Assembly (NCBI GenBank): GCA_013115125.1
Contig: JABANN010000024.1
Location: 62,001 to 121,783, forward strand
Reading direction: 5' to 3'
Length of the DNA: 59,783 nt
From: Perkinsus olseni
Taxonomy: Eukaryota
This document shows positions 13,128-25,664 of this stretch, piece by piece. Below the pieces are notes generated by a model, which saw only the letters and a program-made list of their open reading frames with translations, was not told the origin of the DNA and made no database searches. Numbering within the stretch: position 1 is the first letter of the stretch; each line of letters begins with the position of its first letter. A program made the position numbers and the translations under genes.

Positions 13128-13688
13128 AGCCAGACGACTGCCCTCGTGAAGGAGGGGCAATAGGAAGGCTCAACTACTGGCGGAAACAAGAGTATGAGGA
13201 GCGACCTCAATAATATCGATCCTAGTCATTTTGTTTTCAAGCCAAGATAGGATGGCAAAGCTCGGCAAGCCTGCGCCACGAAGACTAGCACAGCAGTAGA
13301 ATCAGTGCTACGTGGATCGCAGTGATTGGTACCCGCGGATGCACCTAGTTGCTACCCTCTGAGAGCGAAAGAAAAACCTGTCCTCACGTTGCGTGAGCCA
13401 CGCGCCGCCTCCCCGACGTCGGAAATCGTAATTGATCAACTTAACCCAACGAAGGTCAGAGGAGGAAACTGCGGATCAGCAAAATCACCAGTAGGCGATG
13501 GCATGGGGAAGACGAAAGTAGTCATTGGCATGGATATGTGGTGATGATCAGCTGTCTATCGCTGCTCACTAAGCGGATAATACTCTAAGGGCAGAGACTG
13601 AGGAGGGACGGGACCTGTTCTCAGACCAATGAGATGAGCGTCACTAACTCCAGGCGACGACCATGGACGAGGCCACCGACCTCTTCTA

Positions 13689-16600
13689 TCACTTGAACCC
13701 CTTCTTGTCCTGGTCATAGTTGTCCCTCTGCGGTTTGATATACTCAGCGAGACCGTTAGCGGTTATCGAAAAAGCGCACTCGGACTCCGGCAGACAAGGT
13801 GAGTCGTACACCTTCAGAATCTGTCAACAAGCAATGGGAGGAGACCCGGTGAGCACAATGATGCCCTTCCTACAAGTAAACCGAGGGAGAACGAAGAGAA
13901 CTGCAGCAGCTATCGCTAAGGCTGCCGGCTTTGAGGTGTTTCCTGCCTGTCCCAAGATTCGATCATTTGCTGCCGCTCTCAGCCAATCTCTCTCTAAGAC
14001 TTGAACCTCGAGTAAACTAGGTGCGGGTCAACACAACACGAAGATTGTACGGGATACAAGCCATATCATACACGCTTCCTAGGGTATTTCCCAGACTTGC
14101 TGGGCTAAGAAGTTTCGCCTCCTGAGAGAGGTCGATGCTTCCTGCTGAGCTACACAACTCCTGCCAGAGTTTTACTTTCATGTATATCTCTCTAGTGGGG
14201 AGAAAGCCCAGCTTGGTCGGATAATGATACAGGGGTCATGGTACACACCATGATACACGTCAGATACACGGATTGGGCCCCGCTCCAGTCAGAGACGTCA
14301 TGTGACGAAAGGGCACCCCACTCTCGACTGCGGGAAGCAATCCGGAACATACTCGTCTCGTGTTCAACGGCATAAGCTCTGATGCCAGAGCAGCCGAGAA
14401 CGGCAAAGATCTGGCAATTGCAGCCCGCTTCCGCGTTTAGGTGCCAAAAGCTCTCCGCTGCCGAGAATATGCTCCTGGGCTTGACCGCAGTCTTTACGTT
14501 CTCAGCTTTACCGCTGACATACATTGGATACCGGTAAGCGTCACCAACTTGCCACAACTCCGCCTTCTGCTCAGATAAGCTTCGAAGATTTCCCGACAGT
14601 TGGCCACAGCCGAAGCACATGGCGCACATGGGGTAACGAGTCATTACCCTTGATGTTATTGTCATCGACAATACCTGACTCGTGCGGGAGATTATTTGCA
14701 CGAAGAATCTGGTCAGGCTTGGTGGGAACGGTCGACGATCACTCCACGCATCCCTGGCTGTTAACGGTAGCCCCTTCATCACAACTATACCCGATGTGAC
14801 ACAGAGCGTCAACATCGGTCTCGGTGGTTCGAGTGGCTAAGTCTAAATCCTCGGCGGTTGTATCGCTGTGTCGATACACACATATCCCACCGAACGTGCA
14901 TATAGGCTGCACCCCTTGACTCTAGCCCACGACACTATAAACTGACGACACGATGTTATTGCAGTAAATATCAGTGATAATCCTTCCGAACGAACTTTCC
15001 CTGATTGCGTCGCATGATAGTAATATAAGTCCCATCGCGAGCGGAAATTGCCCATCATCTCCTCGCTCGCCCGTCCATAGTGGGACCCCAATTCTCAAAG
15101 GCGGCCATCCTAATCCACCTACTCTTTTCTCAGATGCCTGTCCTTTCCGAAGCTGCAAACGAGTCTGGCTGCTGTGTGCAAGAATGTTTCCCCCGATCGG
15201 CTTAGTAGCGTTGGCTGGGTTAGTGAACATGGATGGGCCTGAGCGCGAGATAGATAAATGATGGGCAAAGCCATATAGGTACCTGGATCAACATTGGCTA
15301 CAACCTGGTTGGTGAGTACGACGGCTACTCCATACCTGAACAAGGGCAGCGATGCTCTACTGATACGATGACTAGCTAGGCTGCCGCAACGCGTCGGCCG
15401 ACTAGCACCAAGAACCACCACTAGTTGATCGCGACCCACAGTGAGTCGCTCACTCATCAGCTATCCTCTGCAGCATCCTCAGGAGGCGTCCGAGTATTTG
15501 TTGGCGTTCAGCGAGCTCCCCGCGGCCCTGAAACTCTGACCGAAGCAGGTTAGTAACGGAATCTACTACGACCAATGCGTATCTGAGTACAAACCCGGCA
15601 GAGGATTCGGTCGAAAGGACCACCGCCGACCGGCACCTGCTCGCGCTCATGACACTGGCCGCATCTAGAAGCAGCTGCTGTTGATGGTCTGAATTATACG
15701 CTCGAGCGAAGGCCACATTCGAGAGCACTGTCTCTCTATCCTGAAGGAGCACGCCCCTGGAACGACTGCTCAAAGTGCACACATCGAAGACCCTTCGGAG
15801 AACAGACGGAGATCTTCTATAGGTGGTATAGGTTGACTCATTAAATCCTGTACTGCTATCAAACATGGTTGCAATCATCTAGGCTTCGGGAGTAATAGAC
15901 TCAGGAGATCAGCTATCAGTTCAGTGATCCAAGATCGCGATCTGATACTCCCATTCGTTCCATTCGACCATGCACGACACAGTGTGGAATATGCTGAGCG
16001 TAAAGAGCCTTCAGGCTGGAAACCCTTGACATTTCTGCCTGTGGCATTAGAGGAAGACAAAGAGCGACAAGGGCAGCAGTACCAGCCCCCACTTCTGCCC
16101 CATATCCGCCAGTCGCTCCGGACGGAAAGTCCCTTCGGTGTCAATATACCTGCAGACACTTTCGAGGGTCCTCATAGTAGCTACTAGAGGGTGGAGCTAC
16201 TCACAGGGATCTTCCCGCAGCTCCACCCTGGCTAACTGGCAGTTGAGCCGCGACGCACAGGGCGTGGCAGAACTGGGACTTACCTGGGGAACAATGAGTA
16301 GGGATTCCCTGCTGCTGATGATGCGCGTAACACGAGGCTACGACAGGATGTGGACAAGTACCGGATCTGGACTCTCCGAAGATCTCCGTAATTGACCCCG
16401 TTTCCACTCCTCCTTGGAGGAGCGCGTCAATGCTCGGACCTGGCAGCATCAAGGTTGGAAGCCGAATAACTGGGCCCTGAGGCCCATCTACTGGGCAGCT
16501 GCTAAACGGCCCGATAGTAAACATGCCGAGCTTACAGCCAGTAGTAATCCTTATCATACTAGATCGCTGCTCTAAATACTGCCCGGCCGATTGGAAACCC

Positions 16601-18120
16601 ATGGGAATCTTGAGAGTAGATGATGAACATCAGGACAACATTCGTGACGGCGAGGATTGCTGGCATCCGACTACACGCCTGATGGCCGATCAGTCGTCAG
16701 GACTAACCTAGTCCTGGCCGTAGTCGTAGGAACGATCGTGCATCAACATGACGAATCTACTCGATAGCGAGACGAGCACATCATAACTTCTCCGATACGA
16801 TTTTCAGAAATGTAGTCTCAATAAATAAGTATACTGGAGACATCTCAATACGATGGTGTTTGTCCTACAGCCCAACTTTCAGAGACACTTTCAAAATTCC
16901 GGCAACTGGATAGTATCCAGTGGATACGCGTTCGTGGCAGGACAGGTGAAATGGTCAAGGCATCCTGCCAGCGCAGCTTGACCCCTCTGGAAAGTACTCC
17001 AGCAACTTGTATGGCCCCTGGTGCTCCTGGTGGACGAATGCTGCCTAGATTTACCGGAGACGACAAAAGCAGGTATTTAGGTTTCGCGCTCGCCCGCTAA
17101 AGATTAAAATTACACTCTATATATCAACGGTCGTTTAGCTCAGTCGGTTAGAGCATCGTGCTAATAACGCGAGGGTCGCAGGTTCGAGCCCTGCATCGAC
17201 CATTTAGCCCAACAACACTATCTTATTGGCAGCGTTGGGTTGCATGGCTTTTCTCTGTATGCTTTGCTTGCCTCCTGCACGTCACTCTGACTGGGCGTGC
17301 GAAGGGACCTCGAAGTCAGGAAGATGAGACGCCTAGTGAATAAGTTTTAGGGATTCGGGGGAATGCGCCGAAGGTTCAGATGCTCCCTGAATTGTTCAGT
17401 GTTAAAAGCAGCAAGCACTTCGCTCATTTCAAGAGACCTACAACCCACTCCGCCAGTGAAGAAATTCCGCCCTGTGCCACAGGCCCCGTGGCGAGGCTCT
17501 CACTCAGAGCCGCTTAAGGCAATGAGGAGTTCCAACAAGAGCCACACGATTCGACTGAGGCCTGCGATGCTACATTTCTCCTCGCTGCGCTCCATACGCG
17601 GGGGCGAGCAACGGCAGCAGAGAGAGTGTGTGTGAGTTTAAAGTCCAATGCCGACAGTACTGCACAGCAGAGAGTATGGCGCTACTCACCAGAGTCACGG
17701 CTGCCTTCTTCAACTTCTCAGCTTTTTGATCTGATACGCCTCTCAAGCTACTTAGATGTCGAATGGGTGCGAAAGCCAATGCTTCGACTGTACCTAGTCC
17801 CATCGACAGTCATCCACAACGGAGGACGGCAGATCTTGTTCACCGGACACCCAGATGGTCCGAGCACATCGCAGTAGTCCTCCCAGCAGATGGACGTTAC
17901 CTATCCCCTGATCGATCAGTTTTTGGATATCTGCGGTCGTCAAGCCAGCTCCACCATCTTTCTCCGGCGCTCGCAAGCGATCCAGCAACATAGGGCCTAT
18001 GTGATGCACCGAAAACAGTGCCAAACGCTCGTCCTCAGTACGCAGTCTCACCATCGCACGCTCCTACGTCCGCGTCCATCTCGCCCTGCTCCCTCTCCTT
18101 CACAGCCTCATCGTTGCGAG
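13689..18120 (-). CDS. RAD51: RAD51 recombinase, multi-exon. 5' start uncertain and may extend to about 18.7 kb.
   Basis: HhH exons ([27 protein letters not shown]); [51 protein letters not shown] (Rad51-type rather than DMC1-type); [42 protein letters not shown]; last exon [17 protein letters not shown]...FK* with stop at 13689. Confidence 0.9.
17129..17202 (+). tRNA. tRNA-Ile, anticodon AAT
   Basis: GGTCGTT TAGCTCAGTCGGTTAGAGC A TCGTG-CT AAT AA-CGCGA GGGTC GCAGG TTCGAGC CCTGC ATCGACC A: cloverleaf with intact A and B boxes. A TATATAT stretch lies just upstream. Confidence 0.96.
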
Positions 18121-19594
18121 GACTACCCAGCCGAAGGCCAGGAGTTGTTGCCACGGTAGACGTACTCTCGCGTCGACGGCTCAGTCCCGGTGCACTCCTC
18201 CTAAAAGCAAGCTGATTGCCCGTAACAACCCCAACAGCAGCTCCGAAACCCACGTCCCTTTGCCTGTATGCTCAGAAGCATCTAGCCGCACTCGCTTGGC
18301 TGTTGGAGTCGATGACGGACTGCTCTTCTCAGAAGCTCTCGCAGCCTCTGCCACCTAGCAAGCTACAGCCTTAGAGCGACCGGATACGAAAGGCGGCCCA
18401 CGCAGGACTCGAATGCATCGTCCCTGGCCTTGGCTGGCGAACTCCCCTCAGCTGCAACTGGACTCGGTGAGAACGGCGACTCCGGGGATGAATCTGGGGC
18501 CGTTTATTACTGAATTGCGAACCCGGAACAGTCTGTACGAAGCTCGGTGACCGGTAAGGCAAGAGCGGCCGACAGTAAAGTCATGTCGATTACATCAGCG
18601 CTCCCCCCGACCGTACCAGAACTCGCCGTCTTCCCCCGCTTCCTTAGCCGGGCCGATGTCCTCGTAGTGCGACCAGGAGCAGCAACTTGCATTCGAGGAA
18701 ACGCTAGTACGCCCCGCAGTCGCTTGCAAACCCATCCCCAAGAAGCACGACAGCTGGGCCATTTCTCCGAGTCTCATCACAGTGGGTATCCATCGGCATG
18801 CCATTTTACCCGACCGGCGCAGAGCGCTATCTCCCCCAACCGAGAATGAGTCGACTCTTCGCTTCAGGCAAGCCTTCACTCGGAGGCGACCAAACCCCCC
18901 TTCCAATCTCAGCGACTGCCTCCTCAGTCCCCTCAATTGATGGACTCAACAAAGACAGGAGAAGGGTATGTAATAAAAAGGGAGAGTCTAGTAAGAGGAA
19001 AGAGAACCCGCTATCATCACGAGCTGTGCCCACTGGTCACCGCAACGGGGCTACGCCATCGACTCCCGAATTAAGAGCCGGCGACCGCGAGTTGCGAGTC
19101 GAAAGCCTGGATTGCTTTTGTCTCCTTGGACCTACCGTGAATGCTTTCGACTATTGGGCTAGCAGGTGTACGAAAGATGTCAGGCTTGGGAAGACCAAAC
19201 GCCTTGAGTGGCGTCACCACAGTCCTCACCCCAAGTAGCAAGTTAGTAACAAAACTTCCGAGTAATCTCCGAGGGTGTTGGCCTATAGCTCCCCGCATAC
19301 CCGAAATCAAGCATACCAATCAAGGCGGACCGAAAGCTGATCATCATCAACTCACTTCAACTCCATTACTAGAATCATGTGCCGAGCGGGATTCCCTTCG
19401 GGCGCCGTTGAGATACCTCGAGGAAAGGCAAGTTCCATCGTTCCTGTCTCCTGATTTTTCGATCTCCCTACAACTTCCAGGCTGCATTCTTCCCTAATCT
19501 TCATCCTGTAGCCGAGGATAGAAGTGATCGAGTTTACTCGTGTAGTTTACACCGGCGGCTCTTAACCCAGCGTACCAGCTGTTCCCTCTCCCCT

Positions 19595-20313
19595 ATGAGG
19601 ACAACTCTGTTCGCCCTCTATATTCTCTCACTGACGGCGATCCCGTCCTCGGTGATGGCCCTCCAGGCTGCCTCCAGGACTTCCACAAGACAAGTCCTCT
19701 ACAAGCGTCCACGCCCGCCCAAGTTCCGGCCTTTGGATCGGAACATCACCGTGAAGACGCGCCAGAAGGCCGACCACACCTGCGACAAAAGCTGTGTCAT
19801 CGAGTACCCCTCCCTCACTGTGGAGGTTTACAAATCTTTCCACCGTCGTAGACGTAAGGACTTTATTGATCTCTACCACTACCAAACAGTTATTGAAGCG
19901 CATACGACTGGCGAGGAAGAGGAGGTCCTCGCCCTGGTCACAGACAACCCGTGAGTCAGTCAGCAGCTCAGCCGTCGTATCTCAGCGTCAATCTCAGGGG
20001 AAACAATGGCGGGCGGTATTTTAAAATGGAAAGTAAACATAACACTTCTACAAGCGGTGTCGTCTCCAAAAGCTACGGCAGCAGGTTTTCCATCGACGGG
20101 AGCTACGAAAAAGATTTTATGAAGCCCTTCACGTCCATAGTCACGCCTTTAATAAGCATCCTCAGTGATGGCGTGGACGAAGAGGCGTGCTCGAAGGTGG
20201 CCGACTACATTGAGCAAAACGCTTCTCCGCCGTATGAGAACGAGAAGGGAACTCCGTGGATACGTGAGTACCTGCTAGGCCTGCGAGCTTTGATTCGTAG
20301 TAGAAGACAATAA
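19595..20313 (+). CDS. Secreted hypothetical protein, 2 exons (intron 19951-19985)
   Basis: Signal-like N-terminus MRTTLFALYILSLTAIPSSVMA. A 35-nt GTGAGT..CTCAG intron joins ORFs 19595-19954 and 19951-20313 in frame (DNP-VNLRG). Confidence 0.7.
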
Positions 20314-22469
20314 TTGCAGATGGTGTGGTAGAGAAAACAAGTGCCTTGGCACGCATGACGCTCTGATGTGCCTGATGTTATAATAGTACGTTTTGGTGCT
20401 GCGTGTAGTATAGCTGGACATCGCTGGGCAAAGAATGACTCCACCCAACCCACTCTAAGCAACCCGAAATGCAGAACAGATGGGCGGTCTGGATGAGTAT
20501 GGTCCCATTGTAGGTCGGCGTTGGTCTCAGAGCCTATACCCATACATACCGAACGGACTGGGAAAGGTATTACAGCTCCATAATACTATCTCGCCGGGAG
20601 GCTCCTGCCAACCTTAGGTCTGTTTCATCTACCCGTTGTAGCATTTCCGCTCGGAAATACTGCATGATCGGTTCGCTTCGACTTCGAGTGTCGCTGAGCA
20701 GCTGACGGGGGCAGTAGACTCTGAGGTGAGACACACATCCGAGCTGACATTTACAAGTCACCAGGAGAGTCCTCTCAACCAAGTGCCCCTTCACTCTCCT
20801 CTCCCACAAGCTCGACATGCAACGAGGTGCCAGTCGAGGACACTCAATTGCCTACTGTGAAGAGGCTCGTAGCAGCGAGCCCGGGTCGAATCGTAGCGTA
20901 AGTTGAGGTCCAAAAGGCTAGAGAGAGGACACGCCCTTTAGTCGAACCCACCCAGCCCTTCACATCGCTGCTATAATCGAAGGGGTTCGCAACATAGCCC
21001 AATTCACGCAAGGCGAGACCTACGACCCACCTACCCCGGGTAGGCTACCCGATTCCAGTGCCACCTTGGGTCTTAGATCTGGACAAGTTATCGTCAGAGT
21101 CTATCAGGGAAGCCTACGGGCATCACCACCGCCCTAGCCATATGCCCATGCTTCCCTCGATTGATACACCCAACAACACGATAAAGATTCGGACCTCTCG
21201 TACAAACGGGGAGTCAAGTAGAATGATACCACCCGAGGGCACCATCGCGGAGGCCATTCTGAAGGCGAGCGAGGCCGCCGACGTGGCGTGACCTTGGGGT
21301 GGTTGTCAGTAGGGTCAATCGTACAAGGGCAGCAGAGGAACTCAGCGTACTGCGATTCACAGCCTATCACCAACACCCTCGAATCTTAGCCCCGAAGAAA
21401 CTGTACCTGATGATGATAGGAAGAATGCAGGTCCTACGGAGAAGTTGAGGGAGTTACATTTTGGGTCTACTCCTAGAGGGCCAGCCACATGTGTGTTCAA
21501 CACTAAGGCAGGCAGCCTCATCAGCGTCACGCTCGTTCTCATCTTCTATTCTGATCTGACACATGAGCGATGATACCTCAGCCCGAGCCAGGCGGCATCG
21601 CGCAAGGAGAACTGACATTGAAGGCCTCGGTGTGCTCACTGGGTACCCGACTTCGCCTCGTCATCAGGTCGGCGTTACTCGTATCGGTGTTGTCTTGGGA
21701 CATGCTGCGTAACTACACATGATTGCTTTCTTCTAAGAAACACTCAAACGACGGGTGACGTTGGGCTAGTGATCGAACCCTCGAGCCGCACTCACCGAGT
21801 TGTACTGAGTCCAATCACCCTCCCGAAAAGGGAGGACAATAGGATGATGATGCTGTTGCTGCTCCGCTGGCCGGTCGGGCGACAGCGCCATCGTCGGCGT
21901 CGATATAGACCTACAGAAGCCCCAGTCATGGTCCGAGTTCAGAAGCGTGCCCTCCACTACGTGCCGTCGATGGGCGTATAAGAGTTCCTTCCAGGGGACT
22001 GGAGCAGGTAGGGGTCGGAGCAAGCGTATGCTGTGGGTGCCGCGGTCGAAGCCTGGGAAGTGCCTGGCCGGGTACGACAGTCCGCCGTACATAGTATGTC
22101 ACAAAACGTCGTCGACAAAAGCTCACGGAAACTCCTCCCTCGACGCACCGTTCCATTACAGACGGTGATCCACAGTACCGACCCCCGAGAGAATGGTACA
22201 TTCTCCCGGAAAAAGGCGGTGAAAATGGCTGAAAGCGGATCGTCGGACCTACTCTCATCGCCCATGGTCTTTGTCTGCTGCGGTTCTTGTTGCTGCTGGT
22301 ACTGGGACGTATAGATCCGCGGGATACCACCAGCCGGTGCTGGTACCATGCCTGGTATTAGAGGGTCCATACTCAATATACCAACTGCCACTGAAGGCAA
22401 GTGACGAGCACCGTCGAAGACCAGCAGCATGGCGCCAACACAACACGGGAAGATGCAGCGGAAATGTCC

Positions 22470-24662
22470 TACAGCTCCTCAGACACGTGAGCATGGCGAT
22501 ACCGCCCAACCACAGTGGCTCTGCAGCACTTCCAGTACCTGGGCGACGAGGCGAACTCAGAGACACGGAAGGCCGGTGATGGAGGGGTCCACGCATACGT
22601 ATGCACCGAGTCCCAGCAGACTGGATTCCCGTGTGGTCCGTATCTTAAGTCGCAGCAAAGGCTTGCCGTGAAGCCAGCACCCCAGCAACCGTTGTCTTCC
22701 TGAGCACTGCCGTCCACCTCTATGGCCACGACCGATGCGGCACACCTGCTCCGGCCTTCGCTTCCTTATCGTCAACGCTGCCTCTCCACATGCCTTCGTC
22801 CCGGATACCACTCCAACCCCAACTCGTGGACGAGCCGCAGCCGACCTGGTGGAAAGCATCAGACCGGACCTATCTTACTCACCGCTACCTCAGGCAGCAA
22901 CCCCCTCTTCCGTCAGAGTCGTCACTCTGACTGTAACTCCAGTATGCACAATCGGGCACCCCCGCACAGACGGCAGCGCACTCCTCCATGTCTCTCGCCG
23001 CGAAAGTGTCGGTCCGAGAGCAGTCGTCCTGAGCACACGAAGCGGTCCCCAAGTACGAGAATCCTACTGAAAAGCCCGCACCTGATGACATCCGAGCTTT
23101 TCGTCACTGCCAAAGGCCATGGCATCAAACCAAATATGCGTACCATCACCATCATAGACGGCGCCGCTCACAGCACACTCAGGGAAGGCCAGAGGGTAGC
23201 AGTCCTTGGTCCCAGAGGTGAAACCCTGCTCAGGAGGAAGGCCTTGGGGTACGCTTAATTGGCCGAGCATAGATCAGCGGGGAATTTTGCAGAACAGCCG
23301 GAGAAACTCTGAAGGCGCTGTTCACTGACGAACTTTCACCTTGGCATCCCGCGCTCCTGTGGCGCCATGAGGGATCGTCCAGCACGCAAACTCCCCGTCA
23401 ACCTTGAAATGGGAAAGCCGACTCGAGAGTGGTTATCGTCCAGAGGGACGATTCACGATTCTATCCGCCCGTGCTCAAGACCCTGTTCTCACAACGCCCA
23501 CCGTCCAGAAGCTACACGTAGTCAGCTTGGTACAGTTCCAAGCACATTCTGATACCCCTCGAACGACATAAGCACCACTCAGATCCCCCCAGTTGTCCGT
23601 GGTGCACGCTCTCGCCCTGCTCGCCGCAGCAATCACTGATCGAAGGATCGTCAATGTAGACCATGAGCTAGGAATCACCACCTACCTGCTGTAGATAGGC
23701 GAGCTTTGTTCACCTCAGCGCAGTCAGGGTAAGGCAAGACAGCGGCAGCCAAACCTATGCTGCCGAGGCCACCAAGATGGCGATACACCTTCCTCATGCC
23801 ACGCCACCTAAGGGCCACAAATGTTGCTTGCGCTCCGGTCTCCCTGAGAACGCGAACCACAACCACCGAAGAAACGTTGAAGTAAATGGTTGTTAATCGT
23901 CAAGCATTTGACCTAAAATATCATATAGCGTATCATCATCTTGAGGGGTGGGTAGGGCAGCGGCCGCTTCCTCCACTTCCGAACTCGGTGGCATCTCGAC
24001 ATCACACTCGGTGGGTTCAGGAGAGCCCGAGGACCCGCCCGAGTCCTCCAGTCGGCCTTGACGCGAAGAACGCATGAAGTCGGATATCTGGCACTGGAGT
24101 GAGGACATGGTGGCTGTGCAAGGCTCACATTAAGCGTCTGAGTATCCCATGGCATTGGGCGAGGGAAGCCTCCATGCGGCCCCGCCAGGGACGAGGCTTC
24201 CTTCATCGCTGCTATCACCGAGCTCAACGAGGGGAGGGTCCCAGCGAACGGCTGACAGAGCGAACGAAGATGCACTGAAGAGCACAGTAGTCGGCGGGAA
24301 GCACTCGGGGGAGCTGAGAGCCCGAGCCACTCCAGCTCACTTTGAACCCAATGGCGGCTAAGCGATTAACGCCGAGCGCCCGACACACGAACTTCCACCC
24401 ATCCAAGGAGAGGGTCACAAAAGGGATCCCTTGGGCTTGACAGCCGACGCAGAGGTGCCGATTGAGCTTGTATGACCTGCATGGCAAAGAGGACGGCTCC
24501 TACAGGAATCTCGAGCCACCTCTCAGGCAGTGAGGCACAGCTATCAGAATAACTAAGACTGACTAGAACGACCAGATGGCTGAGGGCAAATTCCCCCGGG
24601 GAACACATGATGCGCCGACACTCACCTACCCGGTAGAAGCCGGCATCAATACAGCCAAGCAC
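22470..24662 (-). CDS. Multi-exon PAN/apple-domain cysteine-rich (adhesin-like) protein, ends uncertain
   Basis: Apple-type motifs VSECAWNCTKLTTCSFWT...GFTSGTKDC and MEECAAVCAGVPDCAYWSY..GCCL...VVSGTKAC, plus a CWGAGFTASLCC..GNPVCWD module. Confidence 0.65.
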
Positions 24663-25664
24663 TGACCCGACTGTACGATCTTGAATGTCGCCTCCACTCC
24701 GATAGAGACATACCGGGACCTCAAGGCTGTCTGTTCAGACTCCACGGTGACTTCTTCGAGTTGGAGACGTACCTACCAATCCTTCAACAACGACCGACGA
24801 GAGGAAAAACAAGAGCCAATCAAACATGTGGGCGAGCACCTCCATCGCCCTGCGCAACTTACACTAGCATTCCATCCATCCCAGAAGGCCCTGCCAAGGC
24901 TCTCACTCGCTTCGCTCACAGTCGGCTTTCGAATTCTCACAGACGCCGGTAGCTTGGCAACGTTCCGACGAGGGGCATTCTGTCTTCCAATGGCCTTGCC
25001 CGGTTTCATGGCAATCAGCACACTGACAGTCTGGTGAAAACACAGTCTACCCAACGCGACCGCCACGTAGTTGGAAATGGTAATGCAGAGGTACTTATAC
25101 AGGGGTCACGGGAAGGCGAATGGTCCCCGATCAAATTCTATAGCCAGCAAAGGAAATATACAAGAGGTACATACCACACAGGCCTCGCCGTGTCAGCTCT
25201 AGCGGGCGCGCTATGACTGAACGACGAACCAGATAGCAACGCCTACAAGCTACTTCTATCTGGTGCCAAGGGACTTAGCAATACAGCAGTCTTCTCAGGG
25301 CCCCGCGCCATTGCCTCCAAGTTACTGACGGAGGTGTGCCACACAGGCCCGCTGGATGGACGAGTGAGCACTGTGGTGCCAGCATCGCCTCCTACTGCCG
25401 ACCAGTGACGTTGAATCCCACCGTCGAACGGAAAACGCCGCATCGATGAGAAGAGAGACGGTGCGGACCCATCACGCGGTACATGAAACCATATCGCCAT
25501 GTGGAGTCCCGAAGAAGCGAGCCCAGCAGGCTAGAGACAACGGTAGCAATAATAACAGCAGCCAAAAGATGAAGAAGGCCGGCGAGACGAGTGCAGTGGT
25601 AAATCGTACAACGAGGGCAGCCGAGTAATAGTAACTGTCTCCCCTAGCATAGGAGCCAACCGAC

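Noticed and set aside
13220-13258. Relic spliced-leader-like sequence upstream of SMC2
   Set aside because: Only a gapped partial resemblance to the CCGTAGCCAT(T/C)TTGGCTCAAG leader, compatible with chance.
20850-21720. Decayed LTR-retrotransposon gag/protease remnant
   Set aside because: A DTxA-like motif appears only after assuming several frameshifts, which is not supportable without a search.
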